Of a stretch of DNA of 64,000 nt, positions 29,201-36,464 are shown one piece after another. The stretch comes from an uncultured euryarchaeote. Lineage in GTDB: Archaea > Thermoplasmatota > Poseidoniia > Poseidoniales > Poseidoniaceae. The notes beneath the pieces were generated by a model. The model was given only the letters and a program-made list of their open reading frames with translations. It was not told the origin of the DNA and searched no databases. The stretch's first letter is position 1. Each line of letters starts with the position of its first letter. Made by a program: the position numbers and the translations under genes. The stretch is from positions 32,001 to 96,000 of the forward strand of contig CALBRH010000051.1 in NCBI GenBank assembly GCA_937899865.1, in the 5' to 3' direction.

Positions 29201-29772
29201 CATAAACTTAGATCATCACAATTGAAGTAATGACTTGCAACAGTAAATGTACTCGTCATTACGTCATTTGAAGGATTGTCATCTACAACTGACATTGAAG
29301 GTGTTATTATGATACTGTGATTTCCTGAATATGTCGGTATTAATTTGAATGATGATATGGCATTACTTTGCCCTCTTATTGAATTAACTTGGTTAGTGGC
29401 ATTAAAAATTTCAAAATCCTGATATTCATTATGGATAATCAAAACATTTAGATCTAAATTTGGGGAATTACTGTCTCCAATATTACTAATTTCAATTTGG
29501 ATTTCAATCTGTGTGTCAATTACTGCATCAGTCACAAATAATGAGTCAGGCCTGTTGAAATTGATAGGAGGTGTATTAGAGGAAAACATTTGATATTTAG
29601 AACGGTCAACTGCATCTGGATATGAATAAGAAATATCTGTTACTGTAAGGTCTACACCAGTTGCTTTTGCTGAAGTATAAGATATGTTAGATTCGTTTTC
29701 TTGAAGGGTAACATTTGTCATAGACTGCATTGATAGTAATAAAACTAACAAAATCGCAACCTGTATTCTCAT
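26230..29772 (-). CDS. Large membrane-anchored surface protein with CARDB/NEW3-like Ig repeats and a jelly-roll-like segment
   Basis: Signal peptide, repeated .ITN.G..D.F.L units, GLWMDDIVI, C-terminal TM followed by RRR and PPIPETGLPQGWTIEQWKYYGQQYL. Confidence 0.8.
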   Translation of the reverse strand: MRIQVAILLVLLLSMQSMTNVTLQENESNISYTSAKATGVDLTVTDISYSYPDAVDRSKYQMFSSNTPPINFNRPDSLFVTDAVIDTQIEIQIEISNIGDSNSPNLDLNVLIIHNEYQDFEIFNATNQVNSIRGQSNAISSFKLIPTYSGNHSIIITPSMSVVDDNPSNDVMTSTFTVASHYFNCDDLSLWTVGQEWGMNSESSLSQGSACHIGNGQSSTYSANLATNLITPVFDMSDAISNPTRTNGISFYYTGSLASGDFVRLYSMNPSNSWVELASITGTMSSDITTWQTWSVNNAGATSPLIPTPQSNFHANSQYRFGFTSDATNNDIGLWMDDIVIIYDQQLREEEYGIATSGVGVNGAVPNSWGKATIQLTNTGNVSETFTPSLSGIPNDWQYYFSQTSGVSITESNGVFLEKGESKIIELNFQPRDSENQGFYPITFTSTSKTHQSISSSIVIQLEVIPDRIPEFLPQLSIPRCVPGSSCVTSISITNSGGAPDVFMLSLDYDNLPIGWSVSFSWNQPTEILVQPGFSVPIMLTYTIGSDAVPDSIGEFDIIAVSENDSSRTDSISIEIVASMISDATITPNMQQVGNAKLIKPGDSDIVVFSVFNNASVQDIFETDVVFEGTTNWEISEITPATLYLNSGDTGTFSAKLTAPVTAQVGDDCPGYLASIISQRSGEIFASSIVDNFEISQVNNIGMELLESPGNLVPGSQNIISVELNNLGNGPVPVDLSIDGIPETWNTSFMIDNQIISGNIQLGEISELSSTKLIDIVINVPSGTDHSLIFEIDINAMPSMYGDDIDISDNSISLNLITVIVRDLFLSNDIQTISSGVGNSTTFYLDINNFGNIQESDLRIFANLYSDSYQGLMTAFMSLGNTGVAYEFNKYHPITIDKNSIRQIRIDLVIPNDIPIDSVIVFDFTLSSSSNDFEAITHRTNIVVDYVKEISTNLDYNQQIITEDFGYMWLNISTIATSDETYLVIFSTPQEWRLICDSKVIDEGGITIEDNIINSINRQNSLYCEVVNEGEIYDGSIAVKIYDSNNALISNNEVQYSFAISVQDSASFSPATIGSFVVVGLIIAISVSVILIRRRSHYEEDDVDIVKPVSGPPISGPPISMTTHNQIQSKNPEPTQNTNNSQHLNEVISPPIPETGLPQGWTIEQWKYYGQQYLDMNNRQ

Positions 29773-29811
29773 AACCGGCTCAATTTAGACAGAACCTGTA
29801 ATCTATATGAG

Positions 29812-30642
29812 TTAATTGGCTTCCAATTCAGAAGTTACAGATTCATCAACTTCTTGCTCAGCCTTTTGTAATTTTAATTCATTTTTTCGTTCTTTGGCTC
29901 GTGCAGCAAAATACACTGTAAATGATGGTATTAATATCATCGAAAAGCATCCAACAACAGCGGCAACCGCCCAAAGAAATTCTGTTCCGGCATCAACAGA
30001 AAATACTTCGATACTTTCAAAATCCTCATTTACTGTAATTAGTGATAAACCTGGAGCAGTGCTTTTATTACCTCTTTCGATAACCTCAACAATTATTACT
30101 GAAGGTGAGTGCACATATTCTATAATATCTCTTGCTTTTTCTTCTGCTTCATCAAGAGATTTAGCATATACAGTACCATTATTTCTCCGTCCAGGATCGG
30201 TTGTAGTCATGGATATAATCGAATCATCTCCCCCTTCTTCAATAATTGCCTCATGTGTGTTGTTGAAGTAACACTTATCTGCGCAATTAAAATCTTCAGC
30301 GTCTGGGTCGCCAAGCTTAGTATGGCTGTAGAGGCCAGCAGAACTAGTCAATTTGATTATAGCATTTCGAGATAGGTCACTCGCACTTGCATTTACCCAA
30401 GTAAGATTTACTCCATCAGCAGTGAATGTCCACCTCCAGTTAGTCAAATTCCCCTCCTCATCATACAGTTTCACTGGTTCTGAAGATGAATCAATTGTTG
30501 TTTCTGTTTCTGTAGTGTAGAGATAATATGATGGGGATATTGTAGCGCCATATACTGCATAAGCAAGCAAAAATATTAGAGTAAATGATAGCCCTAAAAG
30601 CGTCCGAAGTAAGTTCGGGTTTTGGGCTAACGCCTTCTGCAT
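29812..30642 (-). CDS. Hypothetical membrane protein (two TM helices flanking an extracellular domain)
   Basis: Hydrophobic N- and C-terminal segments, CADKC pair in the loop. Start uncertain. Confidence 0.7.
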   Translation of the reverse strand: MQKALAQNPNLLRTLLGLSFTLIFLLAYAVYGATISPSYYLYTTETETTIDSSSEPVKLYDEEGNLTNWRWTFTADGVNLTWVNASASDLSRNAIIKLTSSAGLYSHTKLGDPDAEDFNCADKCYFNNTHEAIIEEGGDDSIISMTTTDPGRRNNGTVYAKSLDEAEEKARDIIEYVHSPSVIIVEVIERGNKSTAPGLSLITVNEDFESIEVFSVDAGTEFLWAVAAVVGCFSMILIPSFTVYFAARAKERKNELKLQKAEQEVDESVTSELEAN

Positions 30643-30769
30643 GTTTGTTCCTACAATTACCCCTTCAATAACACTTGCATTTTTCATAATTTTCAAGTTA
30701 TGGCTCTACATTTGCACCCGTTTCATTGATATAGGGGAGTTAAGTCGGCAAAGTGCTTGGTGTTGTTAC

Positions 30770-31261
30770 ATGACCACATATTATGATATCCCCGCTGACA
30801 TGCTTATTCCAGCATTAGCAGAAAAACTGTCCGAAATGAAGGACATATCACAACCTGATTGGTCCAATTTCGTAAAAACTGGTGCTGATCGTGAAAGACC
30901 TCCAACCCAGTCTAACTGGTGGTCTATTAGAGCAGCTTCGGTTTTACGCAAAGTTGCAAAGCAAGGTCCAGTTGGTGTTACAAGTTTAGCACAAGACTAC
31001 GGAAAAAGTGTCAACAATGGTGCGAGTCCAAATACACCGGGAGTTGCATCAAGGCATATCGTTAGAACTGTTCTACAGCAACTTGAATCTGCTGGACTTG
31101 TTGAATTAGTTGCTACCAAGGAAATAGAATCAGCCGATGGTAAGCAACAATTATACTCTGGAAGAAGAATTACTTCGACAGGACAAAAATTGCTCGATGA
31201 AGCAGCACATTCTTGCAGAGATATGGCCAATGATATGTATCCAGGTCTAGCAAAGTATTGA
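30770..31261 (+). CDS. rps19e: 30S ribosomal protein S19e
   Basis: W..FVKTGADRERPP..NWW.IRAAS.LRK, LQQLE.AGLV, GR.IT..G. Confidence 0.95.
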   Translation: MTTYYDIPADMLIPALAEKLSEMKDISQPDWSNFVKTGADRERPPTQSNWWSIRAASVLRKVAKQGPVGVTSLAQDYGKSVNNGASPNTPGVASRHIVRTVLQQLESAGLVELVATKEIESADGKQQLYSGRRITSTGQKLLDEAAHSCRDMANDMYPGLAKY

Positions 31262-31282
31262 GGAAGTGGGAGTTTGTCAATT

Positions 31283-31642
31283 ATGTCTGCAAGCGGGGAT
31301 GACCAACTGGCAGCACTTCGCGAACAACGAAGATTAGAATTGCAGAAACAATTTGAATCTCAAGCTATGGCTCAAGCTGATGCAGAGATTGATTCGCAAA
31401 TCAAAAATGCTGAATCTATGGCAGTTTCTAATGCTATGAAACAATTACTTACCAGTGATGCAAGGTCTAGGATTACTAGAATCTCGCTAGCAACTCCTGA
31501 AAGAGCAGAATCGATTAGAAAAATGATAATTAATTTACATGAAAATAACAAATTCGTTCCGCCAATGAACGATGAAATGTTGAAATCTATATTGGCATCA
31601 CAATCCAAGAGCCGCAATAATGCGTCAATTAGAAGAATCTGA
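31283..31642 (+). CDS. PDCD5-like dsDNA-binding protein
   Basis: L..LREQRR.EL, LT.DAR.R...I.LA.PE.A; canonical position after rps19e. Confidence 0.85.
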   Translation: MSASGDDQLAALREQRRLELQKQFESQAMAQADAEIDSQIKNAESMAVSNAMKQLLTSDARSRITRISLATPERAESIRKMIINLHENNKFVPPMNDEMLKSILASQSKSRNNASIRRI

Positions 31643-31655
31643 GAAGGTGCTCGAA

Positions 31656-31811
31656 ATGTCAAAAAATAAGCCAGCAGCAAAGAAAATCCGCCTAATGAAG
31701 GCAACCAAGCAAAACCGCCGTGTCCCTGTATGGGTCATGTTAAAGACCGACCGAAATACTGTATCTCATCCAAAGAGACATCATTGGAGACGCAGTAAAC
31801 TACAGAGGTGA
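31656..31811 (+). CDS. rpl39e: 50S ribosomal protein L39e
   Basis: [12 protein letters not shown]...[12 protein letters not shown]. Confidence 0.95.
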   Translation: MSKNKPAAKKIRLMKATKQNRRVPVWVMLKTDRNTVSHPKRHHWRRSKLQR

Positions 31812-31816
31812 TTATA

Positions 31817-32092
31817 GTGGCAAGACCAAATGAATCAGAATTGATTGTCCCTCTAAGGAAGGCTTGGAACATTACTCGCTACAAACGTGCTCCAAGAGCA
31901 ATTCAAATTATCAAAGATCATGTTGTTCAACACTTGAAGGTTAAGGAAGATGAAGAAGTTTGGATTGATCCTTCAGTTAACGAAAAGATCTGGGAACGAG
32001 GTATTGAAAATCCTCCACGTAAGATTCGTCTACAAGTTATTCGACACGATGAACCAGATATTCCAATCGAAGTTAAATTATTTCAGGAGTGA
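31817..32092 (+). CDS. rpl31e: 50S ribosomal protein L31e
   Basis: VPLR..KRAPRAI..IK, IDP.VNE.IW.RGI..PP.KIR. GTG start after GAGGTGA. Confidence 0.93.
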   Translation: MARPNESELIVPLRKAWNITRYKRAPRAIQIIKDHVVQHLKVKEDEEVWIDPSVNEKIWERGIENPPRKIRLQVIRHDEPDIPIEVKLFQE

Positions 32093-32097
32093 TAATT

Positions 32098-32289
32098 ATG
32101 GGAAATATTAGACCAAGTTTTATCAAAATCAGAGCAATTGCATTAGTAGAACAACATGGAGACAAATTTACAGATGACTTTGACCATAACAAGTTAATGG
32201 TATCACAACTAACCGATGTTAGTTCTAAGAAACTACGTAATTGGATTGCCGGATACGTAACTAGATACCGACAAAGAAGAGTTGATTGA
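32098..32289 (+). CDS. rps17e: 30S ribosomal protein S17e
   Basis: MGNIRP..IK, FT.DF..NK, SKKLRN.IAGYVT. Confidence 0.95.
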   Translation: MGNIRPSFIKIRAIALVEQHGDKFTDDFDHNKLMVSQLTDVSSKKLRNWIAGYVTRYRQRRVD

Positions 32290-32299
32290 GGCCTTTTGA

Positions 32300-32509
32300 A
32301 TGCCAGTGCGCATTGATTGGGATAGACATCCAGTCAGCATTCATAGTGAAGATAAATCCGAGTTAGAGGATTTAATCGAGTATTTGAAAATTAAACATTC
32401 CATTCTTAAGCGTTCAATAATTATGGATGATAGAGAGTCAGGCGGATTTTTGTTTTTTGTATACCAACCTTGTGACCCAAGATGGATTGTTGAATTTTAT
32501 AATAGGTGA
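32300..32509 (+). CDS. Small hypothetical protein
   Basis: 69-aa ORF fitting between rps17e and trmJ; its stop overlaps the next SD (AGGTGA). Confidence 0.7.
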   Translation: MPVRIDWDRHPVSIHSEDKSELEDLIEYLKIKHSILKRSIIMDDRESGGFLFFVYQPCDPRWIVEFYNR

Positions 32510-32513
32510 TCAT

Positions 32514-33338
32514 GTGGGTGATAGAAAGGATATTCCTTTACCAAGTTCATCTTATGAATTGGTGCTAATATGCGTAGATACCAGTCATCCTGGAAACCTT
32601 GGGGCTATTTGCCGTTCAATGATGAATTATGGCTATGACAAACTAAGGCTGGTTAATCCTCTATGCGACCCTAATGATATTGAAGCAAGAAATCGAGCCA
32701 AACATGCTGGTCAAATACTTGATAACGTTCAAATTTTTGAATCATTAGAAGAATCAGTAAAAGATTGCTCTTTAGTTGTTGGTACATCTGGTAAAAGAGA
32801 AGTTGGCCCAAAGACATCATTTAGGCACTTTAGTTTCCCATGGGACTTATCTAAAAGGTTCAATGAATCCAGCAATAAAATTGCTCTTGTTTTTGGCGGC
32901 GAGGGTACAGGATTGTCTACTGAAGATTTACAAAAATGTGATTTCCTAACTACTTTGCCGACATGGGAGGGATACCCAATAGCTAATCTTTCACATTCTG
33001 TCAATGGTTTTCTCTATCAACTCCATTCTGACAGAGTAAGAAATCAACAAGGTATTGATGCAGGATTACCTGAAATTGTACCTATTGAGGGAGATTTATC
33101 TCCTGAATTAAGAGATACCTTTCTAGAAGCAGTAGAGCAATTCAGTTTATCTGTGCCCGGTAATCAAGAACGAAAAGACAGTATTAAGAATTCATTAACG
33201 AGAATGGTAATGAAATCATCTCCTACTAATGATGAAGTTACTAGATTGATTGGCGGACTAATTGATGCTACCACATCATTACAATATACAACCAATGATG
33301 AAAATTGGAAAAAGAATCGTCGTCGAAGAGTTGAATAG
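32514..33338 (+). CDS. trmJ: SPOUT RNA methyltransferase, TrmJ-like
   Basis: HPGNLGAICR.M.N.G, A..RA.HA, ALVFGGE..GL, YP.ANLSH.V. GTG start at 32514. Confidence 0.85.
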   Translation: MGDRKDIPLPSSSYELVLICVDTSHPGNLGAICRSMMNYGYDKLRLVNPLCDPNDIEARNRAKHAGQILDNVQIFESLEESVKDCSLVVGTSGKREVGPKTSFRHFSFPWDLSKRFNESSNKIALVFGGEGTGLSTEDLQKCDFLTTLPTWEGYPIANLSHSVNGFLYQLHSDRVRNQQGIDAGLPEIVPIEGDLSPELRDTFLEAVEQFSLSVPGNQERKDSIKNSLTRMVMKSSPTNDEVTRLIGGLIDATTSLQYTTNDENWKKNRRRRVE

Positions 33339-33339
33339 A

Positions 33340-33789
33340 TTATTTGTGCCAACTTGCAACAGATTTAGGAGTCTCCCATACATGCATAGCAACTAATTGT
33401 AGCTTATTTCCGTATGTCGAAACAATATGTGGCTCAACTTGTTCAAATGCCCATTTTGCTAAATTTTCTGCTGTTGGTATGAAATCTACAACAACAGTTC
33501 TATGGTCATCGCCCATGCATTCTAATGCTTTCAAAGCAGTCTCATCACCTCGATAAACAACAAAAGCATGATCAACGACATCATGTACTTCCCGTGTTAG
33601 TATAGTGCTAATATCTGAAAAGTCCATCAGCATACCTTCATCAGATACTCCGCTAACATCAACAACATCTCCTTCAATTTCTGCCTCAAACCTATATCTG
33701 TGTCCATGCAAATGTTTGCACTTACTTTTGTGATTAGGAACTCGATGTCCTGTATCAGTTTCAACATATCTTCTAATTCTTGTAACCAT
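33340..33789 (-). CDS. queD: 6-carboxy-5,6,7,8-tetrahydropterin synthase
   Basis: GHRVPNH..KC..LHGH, MDF..I, DH, PTAEN, VWETP. Confidence 0.92.
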   Translation of the reverse strand: MVTRIRRYVETDTGHRVPNHKSKCKHLHGHRYRFEAEIEGDVVDVSGVSDEGMLMDFSDISTILTREVHDVVDHAFVVYRGDETALKALECMGDDHRTVVVDFIPTAENLAKWAFEQVEPHIVSTYGNKLQLVAMHVWETPKSVASWHK

Positions 33790-33791
33790 TA

Positions 33792-34934
33792 TTATTCCTC
33801 CTTGAAAATTAGTGCAGCAGAATTAATGCAATATCTTTCGCCGCCATACTCTTTTGGACCATCTTCAAACACATGTCCAAGATGTGCATCACATTTTGAA
33901 CATTTGACTTCAATTCTTACCATGCCATGACTATTATCAGTAATTCTTGCTATATTGGCATCCACTGATTCTGAGTGAAAAGCAGGCCATCCACAGCCAG
34001 AATTATATTTGCTTTGAGAACTAAAAAGCAGATGATTACAGCAAATACAGTAGTAATTTCCCTTAACAAAATGTTTGTCATATATTCCAGTAAATGCTCT
34101 TTCAGTAGCACTATTCCGAGTAACTTGATACTGTAGTTCAGTTAATTTTTCCCGATATATTTTGTCCATATATTCTTTTTCTACTGATAAAGCATGGTCA
34201 AGAACTTGCTGCCAATCTTGTTGGTACATTACAGGGTCTTTTCTACCAATAGCATGAAATGCCAAAATTCTTTCAATATCTGAGCCAGTTTTTCCTGAAC
34301 TTCGACCTTGTTCATCAGGATCATATGACGTGTTAGTATTGGCAAATATTGTGTCAAAATCTAAGCCTAAATGTTCGCAAGAAACAATAGCATCACGTAG
34401 TATTGATTCCTTGTCACCATCGATATATGGCAAATCCAAATTCACATTTTCACTATCCCAATTACCTTTTTCAAAAGCCTCATTCAAACTTTGATAAAAT
34501 TCAGGCCTGCAATCAGGATATATTGCATGATCTCCCGAGTGCACTCCAAGAGAAATAGAAACATTACACTCAAATTGTTTGCTAAGACTTAGTGCATAGC
34601 CATAAATCATTGAAGAAAAAATAGCGTTCCTATTTGGTACAACGGTAGATTTCATTTGTTGTTCTTCATAGTGGCCTTTTGGTACATCTTCATTTGAGGT
34701 TAATGAACCAGTAAACATTGACATTAATGAGGATAAATCTACTACATTGTGAGAAATTTTGTATCCATTTTCAGATAAATAATCGATGTTGTCTTGTGCT
34801 CTTGATAATTCTACAATATGTTTTTGTCCATAATTGAAACCAATTGTATAAACAGTATTTCCTTCTCTAAGTAGTCGCAATAACAACGATGTGGAATCCA
34901 TACCACCACTGAGGGCCATAACTGCAATTTTCAT
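33792..34934 (-). CDS. queC-msrB: QueC (7-cyano-7-deazaguanine synthase) fused in frame to methionine-R-sulfoxide reductase MsrB
   Basis: aa 1-255: SGGMDS, YGQKH..E, VVPNRN, YPDCRPEF. aa 256-380: LT..QY.VTR..ATE..F, CICC, SGCGWPAF, CSKCDAHLGHVF.DGP, RYCINS. Confidence 0.92.
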   Translation of the reverse strand: MKIAVMALSGGMDSTSLLLRLLREGNTVYTIGFNYGQKHIVELSRAQDNIDYLSENGYKISHNVVDLSSLMSMFTGSLTSNEDVPKGHYEEQQMKSTVVPNRNAIFSSMIYGYALSLSKQFECNVSISLGVHSGDHAIYPDCRPEFYQSLNEAFEKGNWDSENVNLDLPYIDGDKESILRDAIVSCEHLGLDFDTIFANTNTSYDPDEQGRSSGKTGSDIERILAFHAIGRKDPVMYQQDWQQVLDHALSVEKEYMDKIYREKLTELQYQVTRNSATERAFTGIYDKHFVKGNYYCICCNHLLFSSQSKYNSGCGWPAFHSESVDANIARITDNSHGMVRIEVKCSKCDAHLGHVFEDGPKEYGGERYCINSAALIFKEE

Positions 34935-35587
34935 TAGTCAATCCCCATCCATTTATGCGTTTGTAGTGATAATCTCCATTTTGGATTATTTTTAACAACT
35001 GATTCGGTCAATGCGAAATTTTTACCGTTCCATTCAACAGTCTCTGATTCCATGTAGCAGGGTTGGAGATATAGATTAGAAAAACCATCAATTAAATTAT
35101 CATAAAGTGATAAATCCTGGCCTATGTATACACATTTTAACTCATCACCAGTTCTTTGCTTAATCTTAGAGTTTGGATATAATTGATCTTTTGGCGAAAC
35201 ACAGATCCAATCAATTAATCCATCATCTATTGGTATTGTACCATTAGTCTCTATCGATATATGATAGTCTCTTGCTTTTAGCAATCTTTGTAGTGGCCAC
35301 AAATCATTGAGCATTGGCTCGCCACCAGTGAAAATAATATTTTTGCAATCAAATTCCTCTATCTTGTTAATGATGCTTTGACAATTCATTTTGTCATATT
35401 GCAAGAAGTCAGTATCACACCACTCACATCGCAAATTGCAATTGCCAAAGCGAACAAATACATGAGGTATGCCAGCACGAAATCCTTCACCTTGTACGGA
35501 ATGAAAAATCTCTACAATATCATATTCACACGCAAGATCTGAATCTGTTTGTGCAGAATCTTGATTATCAACAGTTAAATTTTGCAT
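34934..35587 (-). CDS. queE: 7-carboxy-7-deazaguanine synthase (radical SAM)
   Basis: EIF.S.QGEG, CNLRCEWCDT, TGGEP, IETNG, SPK, WRLSLQTHK. Confidence 0.93.
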   Translation of the reverse strand: MQNLTVDNQDSAQTDSDLACEYDIVEIFHSVQGEGFRAGIPHVFVRFGNCNLRCEWCDTDFLQYDKMNCQSIINKIEEFDCKNIIFTGGEPMLNDLWPLQRLLKARDYHISIETNGTIPIDDGLIDWICVSPKDQLYPNSKIKQRTGDELKCVYIGQDLSLYDNLIDGFSNLYLQPCYMESETVEWNGKNFALTESVVKNNPKWRLSLQTHKWMGID

Positions 35588-35596
35588 ATTATTTCC

Positions 35597-36157
35597 TCAA
35601 TTGTTGATTAATTGGAATAATTCTTGCCTTGCTTCTGCTTTGTCAAAAAATACACCTCGCATAGCAGATGTAGTCATCAAAGCATTAGCTTGCTTGACGC
35701 CACGACACCTCATGCATCCATGTGCGGCTTCTATTATTACTGCGCAGCCCAGAGGTACTAGATGCTCTTCTAAATCATCTGCAATACCTTTGGTAATTCT
35801 TTCTTGATTTTGTAATCTCCTTGCATGGCATTCTACGATGCGCGACAGTTTAGAAATCCCTACAATCCTATCTACTGGTATGTAAGCAACATGTGCTTTT
35901 CCGTTGAATGGTTGAAGATGATGTTCACAAGTGGAGTGAAATTCAATATCCTTTAACAAGACAATACCGTCATAACCTTCACCATTGAATGTTGAACTTA
36001 GAATTGTTTTGGCATCCATATGATAACCACCAAATATTTCATCCCAAGAATCGATTACACGATTAGGAGTATCAAGTAATCCTTCTCTTTCAACATCTTT
36101 TTCCAGGTATCCTAAAAGTACCTTAACAGCGTCTTTAGCTTCATTTCTTGTTGGCAT
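35597..36157 (-). CDS. folE: GTP cyclohydrolase I (FolE type)
   Basis: REGL.DTP.R, STCEHH..PF.G, GISKL.R, LQ.QER.T, A.H.CM..RG. Confidence 0.95.
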   Translation of the reverse strand: MPTRNEAKDAVKVLLGYLEKDVEREGLLDTPNRVIDSWDEIFGGYHMDAKTILSSTFNGEGYDGIVLLKDIEFHSTCEHHLQPFNGKAHVAYIPVDRIVGISKLSRIVECHARRLQNQERITKGIADDLEEHLVPLGCAVIIEAAHGCMRCRGVKQANALMTTSAMRGVFFDKAEARQELFQLINN

Positions 36158-36161
36158 AATA

Positions 36162-36323
36162 TCATCTCCCATTCCTAATATCTATCTCATCCAATTGATC
36201 TAACAGTTTTCTGCATGCGGTTCTAATTGCATCAGCAACACTGACAAATTTTTTCTCATCTCCAACGTGTTTTCTGATGTCGCTTAGAATTTCAGCTGGC
36301 ATATCTAACGACACTTTAGGCAT
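36162..36323 (-). CDS. 53-aa ribbon-helix-helix (CopG/Arc/MetJ-like) transcriptional regulator (not in ORF track)
   Basis: Hand translation MPKVSLDMPAEILSDIRKHVGDEKKFVSVADAIRTACRKLLDQLDEIDIRNGR: alternating beta-strand, helix, turn, S..DAIR helix. Stop is 4 nt before the folE ATG. Confidence 0.8.
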   Translation of the reverse strand: MPKVSLDMPAEILSDIRKHVGDEKKFVSVADAIRTACRKLLDQLDEIDIRNGR

Positions 36324-36350
36324 AATTTGTCCAATGTTTTACACCATTTA

Positions 36351-36370
36351 AGTATTACTGGAGTAATACT
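36351..36370. promoter_or_regulatory. Inverted repeat AGTATTACT-GG-AGTAATACT, candidate operator of the RHH-folE-que operon
   Basis: Perfect 9-bp arms, 28-47 nt upstream of the RHH ATG, abutting TTAAAT on the minus strand. Confidence 0.6.
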
Positions 36371-36464
36371 ATACGATTATTTCATTCTTTCATTGCTTTA
36401 TTTTCACTTATTCTTAAGCGAATGTTGAAGAAGCGTCAAGAATCGAATGATAATGATGAAGGCA

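Noticed and set aside
33340-36157. que genes as a DNA 7-deazaguanine modification (dpd or phage) island
   Set aside because: No dpdA/tgt paralog, helicase or phage genes are adjacent; tRNA archaeosine supply is the simpler explanation.
36324-36464. preQ1 riboswitch upstream of the que operon
   Set aside because: No recognisable preQ1-I stem with A-rich tail; the first gene appears leaderless, leaving no room for one.
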